Source: Bdellovibrionota bacterium
GTDB lineage: Bacteria > Bdellovibrionota > UBA2428
Assembly (NCBI GenBank): GCA_964202055.1
Contig: CAXNGS010000005.1
Location: forward strand, 14,978-78,977
Direction: 5' to 3'
Length of the DNA stretch: 64,000 bases
Shown here: one piece after another, positions 48,873 to 58,830 of the stretch
Layout: the number at the start of each line of letters is the position of its first letter
Position numbering within the stretch: position 1 is the stretch's first letter
The notes under the pieces: generated by a model
Seen by the model: only the letters and a program-made list of their open reading frames with translations
Databases searched by the model: none
Told to the model about the DNA's origin: nothing
Made by a program: the position numbers and the translations under genes

Positions 48873-48873
48873 G

Positions 48874-50157
48874 ATGGATTGTTTTGAAATCGATGGACCG
48901 GTGAAGCTTAAAGGAAAGATCGAGGCCGGCGGGTCTAAAAACTGCGCGCTGCCCGTTCTTTTTGCCACGCTCCTTTCTGATGGCCCCCACAAAGTTCAAG
49001 GGGTGCCTCGGCTAGCCGACATGGATTCGACGCTCAGAATGCTTGTGCACTTTGGACTCAAAGTGGATCAAAGCTTTCACTCTTCTTATGGCGCGGATTG
49101 GACAATCGACGCGCGAAAAATTTCTTCGACCGAAGCGCCTTACGATCACGTTCGAAAAATGCGCGCCAGCATTTTATGTTTGGGCCCTATCTTAGCTCGC
49201 CACGGCCAAGCCAAAGTTTCTTTGCCCGGCGGATGCTCGATCGGCGCGCGGCCCATTGATTTGCATTTAATGGCGCTCGAAAAAATGGGCGCAGTCATCG
49301 AACAAGACAAGGGATACGTTTTAGCCACCGCACCCGGCGGCCGACTCAAAGGCGCTCATATTATTTTTAAAATGGTGTCAGTTGGCGCCACTGAAAATAC
49401 ATTAATGGCCGCGGTGCTGGCCGATGGTGTGACTGAAATCGTGAATGCGGCTCGCGAGCCCGAAGTCCAAGGCCTCTGTCGCGCTCTACAAAGCATGGGC
49501 GCAAGAATCGAAGGCGTCGGCACCTCGACACTCATCGTGACCGGCGTTTCAAAACTCGGCGCGATGAACTTCCGCATTCCGCCAGATCGCATCGAAGTGG
49601 GGACTTATTTAATCGGCGCTCAAATGGCCGGCGGCGACGTCACCGTATCGGGATGTGATCCAGAAGAAATGCGACTCCTTTTAGATTTGCTGCAAGAAAG
49701 CGGCGCCAAAATCGAAATCAACGGCGACTCCATTCGCTGCATCAGCAGCCCCACCATCAAGCCAATCGACGTGGAAACTTCGCCCTATCCGGGATTTGCG
49801 ACCGACCTTCAAGCTCAGTGGATCACTCTCATGACCCAAGCCGAGGGCGACTCAACCGCAACCGAGACCATCTTTGAAAACCGCTTCATGCACGTGCCCG
49901 AGTTGATCCGTATGGGCGCGGATCTTAAAATTTCCGGCAAAGTCGTCCGAATCCGCGGATTGGGCCGAACATCGCTTCAAGGCGCGCCGGTTATGGCCAC
50001 CGATTTGCGAGCCAGCGCCAGCCTAGTTTTAGCAGCCTTGGCGGCCAGCGGAACCTCTCGAATTAAAAGGATTTATCACCTCGACCGGGGCTATGAAACC
50101 ATGGAGCTCAAACTCCGCGACCTGGGCGCAACTGTCGAACGAACTTTGGACCAGTAA
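48874..50157 (+). CDS. murA: UDP-N-acetylglucosamine 1-carboxyvinyltransferase MurA
   Basis: MDCFEIDGPVKLKGKIEAGGSKN, and catalytic-Cys region reads KMRASILCLGPILAR...LPGGCSIGARPID. The start at 48874 is 1 nt after the prmC stop; the supplied ORF begins upstream at 48826. Confidence 0.9.
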   Translation: MDCFEIDGPVKLKGKIEAGGSKNCALPVLFATLLSDGPHKVQGVPRLADMDSTLRMLVHFGLKVDQSFHSSYGADWTIDARKISSTEAPYDHVRKMRASILCLGPILARHGQAKVSLPGGCSIGARPIDLHLMALEKMGAVIEQDKGYVLATAPGGRLKGAHIIFKMVSVGATENTLMAAVLADGVTEIVNAAREPEVQGLCRALQSMGARIEGVGTSTLIVTGVSKLGAMNFRIPPDRIEVGTYLIGAQMAGGDVTVSGCDPEEMRLLLDLLQESGAKIEINGDSIRCISSPTIKPIDVETSPYPGFATDLQAQWITLMTQAEGDSTATETIFENRFMHVPELIRMGADLKISGKVVRIRGLGRTSLQGAPVMATDLRASASLVLAALAASGTSRIKRIYHLDRGYETMELKLRDLGATVERTLDQ

Positions 50158-50281
50158 ACTTAGTTCCAAGGACCTCGATAAAGCTTAGCTGCCAGAATCC
50201 CTCAAATGGGTTGACTCTCTGAAACCTTTTGACGATGATCGCAAAGCTCTAAATTCAACATGGAAATGAGGTGATTTCTAA

Positions 50282-50497
50282 ATGCCAATCGTAAAAATTC
50301 GAGAAGGCGAACCCTTCGAAGGTGCTATGCGCCGCTTTAAAAAGCAGTGTGAAAAAGCAGGTATTCTGACTGAAGTTCGCAAACGTGAACATTACGAAAA
50401 GCCCTCCATTCGCAAAAAGCGAAAAGCGATGGCCGCCGTAAAACGTCTCGAGAAGAAGCACCGTTCCCCGCCTCGTTCCAGAGACACTAGTCGTTAA
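50282..50497 (+). CDS. rpsU: 30S ribosomal protein S21
   Basis: [29 protein letters not shown]... is the S21 sequence pattern. Confidence 0.95.
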   Translation: MPIVKIREGEPFEGAMRRFKKQCEKAGILTEVRKREHYEKPSIRKKRKAMAAVKRLEKKHRSPPRSRDTSR

Positions 50498-50505
50498 TTT
50501 ATTTA

Positions 50506-50546
50506 GGGGTGTTGTCCTTCGACTGAATGGCAACGCCCTTTTTTTA
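50506..50546 (+). terminator. Intrinsic terminator/attenuator after rpsU
   Basis: Stem gggtgttgtc / ggcaacgccc (with G-U pairs) and a 12-nt loop are followed by ttttttt. Confidence 0.55.
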
Positions 50547-50617
50547 TTGATTCCGTATAAATAAATACAATTTAGATTTTTCTAAATAATATAGCCGAGA
50601 TCTGAGGGAGAAAGATC

Positions 50618-51079
50618 ATGTCCGCATTAAAAGCCAAACTCCAAGCATCACAAGTCACCGCAATGAAGGCTCACGAAGCTCCCAAAGTTCAAGCCATTCG
50701 CAACATCATGGCCGCCATTAAAAAACGTGAAGTCGACGAGCGCATCTCGCTGACCGACGCTGATATTGAAAAATTATTATTGACCATGTCGAAGCAAATC
50801 CAAGAAACCTTGGATCAAGCTAAAACCGCCGGCCGGCCCGAAGCGATTGCCGAAGCAGAATTCGAAATGGCGATTGTTAAATCCTATTTGCCCGAACAAA
50901 TGAGCGAAGCGGACGTCAACGCTTTGGTAAAAAAATTAGCCGATGAACTGAAAGCATCGGGCTCGATGCCCGCGGGCAACGCCGCGATGGGCGCGCTTAT
51001 GAAACTAGCCCGCGAAAAAATTGGATCCAAAGCCGATGGTCGCTTGATTCAAGCCGCCGTGAAAATGCAGCTCGGATAA
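50618..51079 (+). CDS. GatB/YqeY domain protein
   Basis: LKAKLQASQVTAMKAHEAPKVQAIRNIMAAIKKREVDER...EAEFEMAIVKSYLPEQMSEADVNALV is YqeY-like. Confidence 0.8.
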   Translation: MSALKAKLQASQVTAMKAHEAPKVQAIRNIMAAIKKREVDERISLTDADIEKLLLTMSKQIQETLDQAKTAGRPEAIAEAEFEMAIVKSYLPEQMSEADVNALVKKLADELKASGSMPAGNAAMGALMKLAREKIGSKADGRLIQAAVKMQLG

Positions 51080-51091
51080 ATCAAGGAATCG

Positions 51092-53017
51092 ATGTCCAAG
51101 GGGGAAAACACATCGCTTTCACAAGTTAAAGACCTTGTGAAAGATCGCGTCGATTTAGCCGACGTGGTTTCCAAGCACACCCGCTTGGTCAAAACCGGAA
51201 ACGGTTTCAAAGCTTGTTGTCCGCTTCCCGGTCATCGCGAAAAAACTCCGTCTTTCCACATCGATCGCCAAAAAAATCTTTATTATTGCTACGGCTGCCA
51301 ACGCGGCGGCGACGTTTTTAATTTTCTGCAACTTGTAGAAGGTTTGAACTTCATCGAAGCCCTTAAAGAATTAGCCGAGGGCCTTCAAATCGAAATGCCC
51401 AAGCTTTCCAAGGGCGAAATCAAGGGAATGCAAGAACAGAAATCTTTGATGGACGAGGGCTTCGACGTTTTGAAGCGCGCGACCCAATATTATCATCGGG
51501 TTTTAGTAGAGCGAAAAAGTCCCGAAGCCATTGCGTGCTGGGATTATCTTGTAAAAAAACGCGCGATGACTGAAGAAGAAATCATCGCGCTTGAATTAGG
51601 CTATGCGCCTTCGGGCGGCACCGCGCTTTCTTCCAAACTTAACGGAACGCCTTTAGCCCCGGTCGCCGAAAAGCTGGGCTTGATTCGTGACACCCGAGTG
51701 GGGACTCGCGACTTTTTCCAATCTAGGCTGGTGATTCCGATCACAGATTTTCGGGGCAAAGTGCGCGGATTTTCCGGCCGAGTTTTAGACCCCGCTCCCG
51801 AAGACCAGCCCAAATATAAAAACTCCCAAGAATCCGATTGGTTTAAGAAAAAAGAAATTCTTTACGGACTCGAGCGCGCTTCGAAATTCATTCGTGAAGC
51901 CGGATTTGTCTGCGTCGTCGAAGGCTACTTCGATCAATGGGCCTTTGATCGAAATCAAATTCCGTCTGTTGCCGCGATGGGAGTGGCCCTTACCGACGAA
52001 CATCTGCGCACCCTGCAACGTTTCACTAAAAAAATATTTCTAGTGATGGACGCCGATCGCGCGGGAGTGGAATCAACCAAAAAAGCACTACCAGTTTTAA
52101 TGCGAGACGGTTGGGACGCGCGAGTTTTTTCGGAGCTGTCCGGCAAAGATCCCGACGAATGGTTGCATGAATTTAAAGGCAACTCGGCCGATGTGCTCAA
52201 CGCCCTAAACCAATCGCTAGAAGCTTCCGAATGGTGGGTTCGCCAAATTTTAAAGGAAGCCCGCCAACAAAACGAAAATCGTTTGCAAACTTTGCGCCGC
52301 ATGAAGGAAATTTGGGCTTGCGCATCGGACTCCGCCGCCAAAAGCATTCTTTCGGATTTAATTTCGCGTGCGCTCGGCATTGGGCGTGAAGAAGTTCGTG
52401 AAGCCATGGAAGACAAGAGCGCTGGTTCGGGAGCCGTTCCTTCGCAACCGCACCAAAATTTAGAATACCGACCCAACACCCCCCGCAACGCAGCATCGGA
52501 AGTTCCCGAAGAAGTGTACCGACCCAAACAAGACAAAATTTTATCCAAAAATTCTTGGGACAAAGCAGCCGAAGAAACTCTCGTTTGGTGGATTCGGCAC
52601 TGGAGCCTGCTCAGCCCTACCGACGAAAGCACTTGGGCCCAACGAGTGGAGCTTTTCCAAGGATCGCTGGCCGAGAGCCTGATTCGCGAATTATCCGAAG
52701 TTTCTAGAGCCGGGGGAACCGTTGAGGTTTCTTATTTAGCCCGTAAGCTTGAGGATGAGAAAGTTGATCCCCTACTGAAGCATTGGATCTTCCGTGGGAT
52801 GGTGGCCCCCGATGAAGGCAGCATTGTGGGGGTTCAGGACTCAGACAAGTCTTTAAATTCATTCAAAGAATTGGCAAGCGGCCTTCGCCGTGAGCGAATC
52901 CGCTCGGAGATTTCCATGCTCGACTCGGAATTGCGAACCCTCCGGGAAAATGACCCCAAAATGATGACCCTTCTGACGGAGATACAAAATCTACGATTCC
53001 GTTTGGAAGAGCGCTGA
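51092..53017 (+). CDS. dnaG: DNA primase DnaG
   Basis: Zinc ribbon reads CCPLPGHREKTPSFHIDRQKNLYYCYGCQRGGD, and a TOPRIM domain is present (EGYFD...LVMDADRAG). Confidence 0.9.
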   Translation: MSKGENTSLSQVKDLVKDRVDLADVVSKHTRLVKTGNGFKACCPLPGHREKTPSFHIDRQKNLYYCYGCQRGGDVFNFLQLVEGLNFIEALKELAEGLQIEMPKLSKGEIKGMQEQKSLMDEGFDVLKRATQYYHRVLVERKSPEAIACWDYLVKKRAMTEEEIIALELGYAPSGGTALSSKLNGTPLAPVAEKLGLIRDTRVGTRDFFQSRLVIPITDFRGKVRGFSGRVLDPAPEDQPKYKNSQESDWFKKKEILYGLERASKFIREAGFVCVVEGYFDQWAFDRNQIPSVAAMGVALTDEHLRTLQRFTKKIFLVMDADRAGVESTKKALPVLMRDGWDARVFSELSGKDPDEWLHEFKGNSADVLNALNQSLEASEWWVRQILKEARQQNENRLQTLRRMKEIWACASDSAAKSILSDLISRALGIGREEVREAMEDKSAGSGAVPSQPHQNLEYRPNTPRNAASEVPEEVYRPKQDKILSKNSWDKAAEETLVWWIRHWSLLSPTDESTWAQRVELFQGSLAESLIRELSEVSRAGGTVEVSYLARKLEDEKVDPLLKHWIFRGMVAPDEGSIVGVQDSDKSLNSFKELASGLRRERIRSEISMLDSELRTLRENDPKMMTLLTEIQNLRFRLEER

Positions 53018-53070
53018 TAACCCTGTATATTCCAACGCTTTCCACAGCCCCCAAATAGGACCCAAAAAGA

Positions 53071-55185
53071 ATGCCGCAAAAGAAAAAAACAGAAGCAAAA
53101 AGTACAAAAAAAACAGCTGCTAAGGTCGATGCTAAGTCGTCCGCAAAAGAAGTCGTGAAGACGACTAAAAAAGTTGCTGAAAAGCAAGCAGCACCGGCCG
53201 CCAAAACGACCGCAAAAATTGCGGCACCTACCAGCACTAAAAAAATTGCTGCTGCTCCTGCTGAAAAAGCTGTGGTGACTCCCGACAAAAAATTAAAGCC
53301 GGGCACCGCAAAAGCTGCACCCTTTGAAAATCAAAAATCAGCCTTTGGTGGAAATGCTAACGGTAAAAAAGGCGCTCCGCCGGCTCCGACTGGAAAGCCG
53401 GGACGCCGTCCCAAAGAAGAAGTTTCCGCAGAAGTTGCGATCGAGCGCTTAGCAGAGATGGGAAAGAAAAAAGGATTTCTGACCTTCGAAGAAATCAACA
53501 ACGCCCTTCCGAAAAACGTGACAACATCCGAGCAGCTTGAAGAAGTTGTTCGTTTCCTTACTGAACAAGAAATTGAATTGGTTGATGGCGACGAAGCCGA
53601 AGCGGTAGAAAAGGGTGGCGGAAAAAAAGACGCCGCCTCTGAAGCTGATGCCGCCGCCTCCGCCAGCGAAGACGAAGCCGAAGAAGAGCCCGCAGAAGTT
53701 GAAGCTGCCGCTGAAACTCCGGACTTCGACGGAATGTCCAAAGCCAATGATCCGGTTCGACTTTACCTGCGCAAAATGGGATCGATTCCTCTTTTGACCA
53801 AAGACGGCGAAGTGGAAATCGCCAAGAAAATTGAAGAAGGCGAGTCCGAAGTTATGGACGTCGTATTGAATTCCCAAATCGGGATTCAAGAAGTTTTGTC
53901 GGTTGGCGAGCGTATTCGCGCTGGCAAAATTCGAGTTCGCGACGTGGTTCGTGGTCTTGACGAAGACGATCCCGAAATCAACGAAGATGAATTCAAAGAT
54001 AAGATTTTGACCGCGATTGATCGCGTTCGAGATTTCGAAGCGGTTTTGACCTCGGGCAAAGCTTCACAAAAAGATTTGCTCGGTGCCCGTGATGCGATGT
54101 TTGCGGCCTTCGGTGAAATTTCTTTCAACCGAAAAACCATCAACCGCATTGTCGGCCGAATGAAGAGCTACGTTCAAACGATCGAAGACTCTGAACAAAC
54201 CTTGATTCGCGAACTTGGAAAAGTTCGCTGCAAAACCGTTGAAGATTATCAAAAGCTGAAAGCTAAATTTGGCGACAGCTCCAAAAAACTTGAAGCCTTC
54301 CGCCAAGCGGGCAACCGCACGCTGGAAGAAATCAGCGTGCTCGACCAAATTGTTACAGAACAAGCCAATCGACTTGAAGAAGTGGAAAACCTCTCGGGTC
54401 TTCCGATCGACAAGCTCAAGAAAATGTACGCGCAAATCGTCGACGGCGAACGCAAAGCTGAGTTTTCCAAAGCCAAGCTTGTTGAAGCCAACCTTCGATT
54501 GGTCGTGTCCATTGCTAAAAAATACACCAACCGTGGCTTGCAGTTCTTGGACTTGATCCAAGAAGGCAACATCGGCTTGATGAAGGCGGTCGACAAATTC
54601 GAATACCGTCGTGGTTATAAGTTCTCGACCTACGCTACCTGGTGGATTCGCCAAGCGATCACTCGCGCGATTGCCGACCAAGCCCGCACCATTCGTATTC
54701 CGGTTCACATGATTGAAACCATCAACAAGCTGGTTCGTACCAGCCGTTATTTGATGCAAGAAATCGGCCGCGAACCGACTCCTGAAGAAATTGCCGCCAA
54801 GATGGAATTGCCAGTCGAAAAAGTTCGCAAAGTTTTGAAGATCGCTAAAGAGCCGATCTCTTTGGAAACTCCGATCGGCGAAGAAGAGGATTCCCACTTG
54901 GGAGATTTCATCGAAGACAAAACTGCGATCAATCCCTCTGAAGCGGTCATCAACCTGAACCTTTCTGAGCAAACTCGTAAGGTTTTGGCAACGCTGACTC
55001 CTCGTGAAGAAAAAGTTCTGCGTATGCGTTTTGGCATTGGCGAAAAAGCCGATCACACTTTGGAAGAAGTGGGACAAGATTTCTCGGTCACTCGAGAACG
55101 GATTCGTCAAATCGAAGCCAAAGCCCTTCGCAAGCTTCGACACCCGAGCCGCGCGAAGCACTTGAAGAGTTTCGTAGAAAACTAA
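53071..55185 (+). CDS. rpoD: RNA polymerase primary sigma factor RpoD with about 115-aa Lys/Ala/Pro-rich histone-H1-like N-terminal tail
   Basis: Region 2 reads [53 protein letters not shown], and region 4.2 reads [28 protein letters not shown]. The tail [24 protein letters not shown]... is N-terminal. Confidence 0.95.
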   Translation: MPQKKKTEAKSTKKTAAKVDAKSSAKEVVKTTKKVAEKQAAPAAKTTAKIAAPTSTKKIAAAPAEKAVVTPDKKLKPGTAKAAPFENQKSAFGGNANGKKGAPPAPTGKPGRRPKEEVSAEVAIERLAEMGKKKGFLTFEEINNALPKNVTTSEQLEEVVRFLTEQEIELVDGDEAEAVEKGGGKKDAASEADAAASASEDEAEEEPAEVEAAAETPDFDGMSKANDPVRLYLRKMGSIPLLTKDGEVEIAKKIEEGESEVMDVVLNSQIGIQEVLSVGERIRAGKIRVRDVVRGLDEDDPEINEDEFKDKILTAIDRVRDFEAVLTSGKASQKDLLGARDAMFAAFGEISFNRKTINRIVGRMKSYVQTIEDSEQTLIRELGKVRCKTVEDYQKLKAKFGDSSKKLEAFRQAGNRTLEEISVLDQIVTEQANRLEEVENLSGLPIDKLKKMYAQIVDGERKAEFSKAKLVEANLRLVVSIAKKYTNRGLQFLDLIQEGNIGLMKAVDKFEYRRGYKFSTYATWWIRQAITRAIADQARTIRIPVHMIETINKLVRTSRYLMQEIGREPTPEEIAAKMELPVEKVRKVLKIAKEPISLETPIGEEEDSHLGDFIEDKTAINPSEAVINLNLSEQTRKVLATLTPREEKVLRMRFGIGEKADHTLEEVGQDFSVTRERIRQIEAKALRKLRHPSRAKHLKSFVEN

Positions 55186-55188
55186 GCC

Positions 55189-55860
55189 GTGGCGCTTAAC
55201 CGTCGCGCCCAGTTTTTGATCTTCTTTTTTTCTGCACTTTTGCTTTTCGTGTTTTCGCCCGCCCTTTCACAGAAAATGATTTCCCCAACCCAAGAAATGC
55301 TTTCCGAAGAGGCTTGTTCGACACTCCAAAAAACTCTGGGCAACAAAATCCGCGAGGCCAATAGCTGCACCCAAGACAGCGAATGCACATTGCGGTCTTT
55401 TGGCTGTCCCTTTGGCTGCGAGTCCGTGGTGAGGGCCGACCAGCAGGTCGAGCTTACTCGCCTCACGCAAGAGTACGGGGCCGGTTGCAATCGCTGTTAC
55501 TATGATTGTGACGTTCGTCCTGGACCCGCAAAATGCTTGAACAATAAATGTGTAAAAATCACAGGCCAAATGATCGAGCAAGAGATGCCGAGACTAAATC
55601 CATCTGAGTGTAAAACTGAGCAGCAAAGAATCCGAAAAGAAAATCACAAAGCACGGGCTTGTCTCGAAACTTCAGACTGCGTGGCTTCGCCACTCAGATG
55701 TCCCTTTGGATGCCACGAACTCGTGAACAAAAACGAGTACACCCGAATAGAGGCGCTTTATTCGCGATTTTCAAAGACGTGCAAGGCCTGCGAGTATAAA
55801 TGCGCCGCTCCGTCTGGCGAGCCTTATTGCTTAAACAAGCGCTGTGTTTGGAAAGAATAA
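55189..55860 (+). CDS. Secreted tandem-duplicated 10-cysteine domain protein (2 x about 85 aa)
   Basis: It has a GTG start 3 nt after the rpoD stop and a signal peptide (MALNRRAQFLIFFFSALLLFVFSPALSQ). Two repeats share the Cys spacing C-x5-C-x6-CPFGC-x23/24-C-x2-C-x3-C-x7/8-C-x4-C. Confidence 0.55.
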   Translation: MALNRRAQFLIFFFSALLLFVFSPALSQKMISPTQEMLSEEACSTLQKTLGNKIREANSCTQDSECTLRSFGCPFGCESVVRADQQVELTRLTQEYGAGCNRCYYDCDVRPGPAKCLNNKCVKITGQMIEQEMPRLNPSECKTEQQRIRKENHKARACLETSDCVASPLRCPFGCHELVNKNEYTRIEALYSRFSKTCKACEYKCAAPSGEPYCLNKRCVWKE

Positions 55861-55919
55861 GCCCAGCGGTTGATTCTTCTTCTCTTAAATTCTATCGTCA
55901 GATTTTTCGTCACGAAAAA

Positions 55920-55996
<77 letters not shown>

Positions 55997-56078
55997 ATTT
56001 TTTCAAACGAGCACTACGCAAACGAGTACGTTTGCTACGGCTCGGTAAACCATCCAGATTTAAAACAAAAAAACTTGG

Positions 56079-56495
56079 TTATTTTATTTCTACCGCTGGA
56101 TATGACTCTAAGTATTCTTCTCCTAAAGCTCCGCAGTAAATCACTGTGCGTTTTTCGAAATCAACTTCGTAACTAACAATGCCTGCTTTCCAAGTGGCGA
56201 GCAGGAATTCGGGGAAGGTGCTGTTGCCGGCCTGATCTGTTCGCAAGGCCACAATCAAAGCGTCTTTATTGAATTTAGGAACTTCGACCATACCGGAAAC
56301 AAGCGGGGTTCCCTGCTGAACAACCGTGCCCTCTTTGCAAATAAAAAGGCTCTGACACCCAGGTAAAGACCAAATATTTTTAATCACTCCGGCCCGGCGC
56401 AGTGATTCTGCAAGATAGGGGAATCCACCAACCTTCGGTCGATCCTTCATGGCTTTTTGCTGAGCATCCATTAAATTTTGAACTGCATGACTCAT
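56079..56495 (-). CDS. Hypothetical protein (possibly DUF1398-like, phage-associated family)
   Basis: This is a 138-aa soluble ORF; FPEFLLATWKAGIVSYEVDFEKRTVIYCGALGEEY resembles the pattern of that family. The identity is uncertain. Confidence 0.45.
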   Translation of the reverse strand: MSHAVQNLMDAQQKAMKDRPKVGGFPYLAESLRRAGVIKNIWSLPGCQSLFICKEGTVVQQGTPLVSGMVEVPKFNKDALIVALRTDQAGNSTFPEFLLATWKAGIVSYEVDFEKRTVIYCGALGEEYLESYPAVEIK

Positions 56496-56595
56496 AAGAT
56501 TTTATAAACACGCCGCTCTTTTGCTGTCTATCGAGACCCTTTCCAACAATTGTTTTCTTATGCACTTCGAGCTAAACCCAAAACCAAGATTATTT

Positions 56596-56844
56596 ATGAA
56601 TACATTTTTTATTGAAGCCATTGGCTGGTTATCCACTGTTTTATTTTTAGTTTCGATTTTATTGCCTCAGCGAGTTCATCTTCATGCGCTGGGGATTTTG
56701 ACCTCGATCACGACCGGATATTATGCGTACGAGCATGGAGCAACCGCGATTTGGGTTAAGTGGTTAATCGCTTTATTTTTTCACGCCTATATGTGGCATC
56801 GCTACACATTTAAAGAACCGGCAAAGAAAGCTCCTGCTATTTAG
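56596..56844 (+). CDS. Small inner-membrane protein, hypothetical
   Basis: Two TM helices read FIEAIGWLSTVLFLVSILL and IWVKWLIALFFHAYMW. The supplied ORF starts at 56521 with an alternative start. Confidence 0.4.
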   Translation: MNTFFIEAIGWLSTVLFLVSILLPQRVHLHALGILTSITTGYYAYEHGATAIWVKWLIALFFHAYMWHRYTFKEPAKKAPAI

Positions 56845-56867
56845 CAATTCTTTTGAAAATTTAATCT

Positions 56868-57716
56868 TTAATGATGAATCGCGCGTTTGGTGACGCCGCC
56901 TTCGACGCTGGCAAGCGGATGAATCGTGATAAAGGCTCGTTCATCTAATTCATTAGCGATTTTTTTCACTTCACCAACCTCGAGACGCGTGACGACACAA
57001 TAAAGAATTTCTTTGTCTTCGCCGTGCATACTTCCAAAACCTCGAAAAACCGTCACGCCTCGGCCCAAATGTCCGGTGATTTTTTCGCGAATCAACGCGC
57101 TGGCCGAAGAGATAATGGTCACTGCGGTGTATTCTTCAAAACCATAAATCACGAAATTAAGCGTACGAGCCGCGGCAACGTAAGTCAGAATGGAATACAA
57201 AGCTTGTTCCACTCCCAATAATGAAAGTGCCGCCAAAAACAAAACAACGTTGAAGCCAAGAATGACATCACCAACCCTAAGCACGTGAACTCGCTTGCTG
57301 ATTAAAAGAGCGGCGATTTCTGTTCCATCTAAAACGGCTCCGCCACGAATCGCCAAACCAATCCCCGCCCCTATGAAAAGTCCGCCGAAAACGGCCGTTA
57401 GAACTAGGTCGTGCGTCACGTCCGGGAAAGGCACAAAAGCCAACACGACGGCCAAGCCTGAAATCGCTAGCGTGCTGCGGATTGCAAACGATCGACCCAA
57501 GTGACGATAGGCAATCACAATAAATGGGGCATTCACCAACGGCAGCCATATCGACAGAGGTAGCGTGGTGACCTTGGCCAAGAGCATGGAAATCCCAGTG
57601 ACCCCGCCGTCGATGAAGTTACTGGAAAAGAGGAAACCCTTCAGGCCCATTCCGGCTGCAAAAACTCCCAACAAGATTAGCGCAGCGTTTTTAATTTCTT
57701 GAATCATTTTGTCCAC
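56868..57716 (-). CDS. YitT-family membrane protein (DUF161 + DUF2179)
   Basis: It is multi-TM with a C-terminal DUF2179-like soluble domain (GGVTVFRGFGSMHGEDKEILYCVVTRLEVGEVKKI). Confidence 0.65.
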   Translation of the reverse strand: MDKMIQEIKNAALILLGVFAAGMGLKGFLFSSNFIDGGVTGISMLLAKVTTLPLSIWLPLVNAPFIVIAYRHLGRSFAIRSTLAISGLAVVLAFVPFPDVTHDLVLTAVFGGLFIGAGIGLAIRGGAVLDGTEIAALLISKRVHVLRVGDVILGFNVVLFLAALSLLGVEQALYSILTYVAAARTLNFVIYGFEEYTAVTIISSASALIREKITGHLGRGVTVFRGFGSMHGEDKEILYCVVTRLEVGEVKKIANELDERAFITIHPLASVEGGVTKRAIHH

Positions 57717-57767
57717 CCAAAGATCCTATCACGAGACAAAACGAATCATGAAAATCAGTCCTCAATA

Positions 57768-58112
57768 TCAGTCGTCAATGGATCGGTCGCGAATGCTCAC
57801 ATGCATTTCTAAATCTTTAACGGATGGGTGGCGACGAACCGCCGCCTCCAATTCTTGCCGTTCTTCTAGTGTCTCAACGCTTCCGTGGATTTTTACAAAA
57901 CCTTGAGTCATTCGCACGCGTAACCATCGCATATCCAATCGCACACTTTCTTCAACTTGAACAATCAGGTCGGCTGCCGCCTTTATTTCACTGAGCGTCG
58001 GGCGATCAATTTCTTCCGAATAAGTTCCATCTTCGTCATCATTAGATGAACGATTAGAAGAGTGATTAAAGTTTGCGACCATAGGTCCCAGCCTTATAGC
58101 TTCTTTCGTCAA
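57768..58112 (-). CDS. BON-domain protein
   Basis: VRMTQGFVKIHGSVETLEERQELEAAVRRHPSVKDLEMHVSIRD fits the BON pattern. Confidence 0.55.
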   Translation of the reverse strand: MTKEAIRLGPMVANFNHSSNRSSNDDEDGTYSEEIDRPTLSEIKAAADLIVQVEESVRLDMRWLRVRMTQGFVKIHGSVETLEERQELEAAVRRHPSVKDLEMHVSIRDRSIDD

Positions 58113-58692
58113 CCCGGGTAAGGGCTTTCGCCATTTTAGGCGTGATCAATGACGTGTGCGAAATCTCACAAAGATGTTCGGCAATGAACCACACATCATC
58201 GTCTCGAGTCATCCAATGTTGTCGATCAAATCGCTTCAAATTTACTGGACGCGAAAAATTTCGGAGGGTGCGCTCCCGGCGGTTATTAAAATAATCATTG
58301 AAATAACTAAGGGCCAATTCGCGCAAACTTCGGTGAATCGGCGAACGAAAACGACAACCTGGATAATTTGAAGCAGCCAAAGCCCCCCAAGCTCCGTTTT
58401 CTTGATAAACCGCGATGACATGATCGGTGTCGTTCACCGCCTCTAAGTCCAAAAGCAGAGGCGGATAGCCATTGACCCTCAAAGCCGCCGCCGCAAAAAT
58501 AGCGCCTTCCAAACAATGCGCCGTTTTATGTCGCATCACCAATCTGGGAGACCAAGCAGTGTTGGCAATGTGATAAGGAATTTTGTCCAAAAAATTTTGA
58601 ATTTTAGCGGGCGTTGAGAGTGAGCGTAAAAAACGCAGCTCCTTGCGATCTAATTCAACAGAATTTTCTTTAGCAGCCGCATTTTTTCCCAT
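58066..58692 (-). CDS. Transglutaminase-like / papain-like cysteine-protease-fold protein
   Basis: HKTAHCLEGAIFAAAALRVNGYPP ... NDTDHVIAVYQENGAW suggests a Cys-His(-Asp) core. Confidence 0.45.
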   Translation of the reverse strand: MGKNAAAKENSVELDRKELRFLRSLSTPAKIQNFLDKIPYHIANTAWSPRLVMRHKTAHCLEGAIFAAAALRVNGYPPLLLDLEAVNDTDHVIAVYQENGAWGALAASNYPGCRFRSPIHRSLRELALSYFNDYFNNRRERTLRNFSRPVNLKRFDRQHWMTRDDDVWFIAEHLCEISHTSLITPKMAKALTRVDERSYKAGTYGRKL

Positions 58693-58830
58693 TCAAACAG
58701 AATAGCTTGAGCCCTCATTGGGCTCAAGCGCAGACGCTGCGTTGCGCCGGTTTCCCGGGCACCTTTGTGTGCACAAATCTTGGCAGGGTGGCGCGCTAGG
58801 CAAGATGAAAATTTATAGTAAAAGTATTCT

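Noticed and set aside
54064-55161. 365-aa minus-strand ORF inside rpoD
   Set aside because: It is fully antisense to a highly conserved sigma-70 coding region and has a low-complexity F/R/N-rich translation typical of reverse-frame artefacts in GC3-biased genes.
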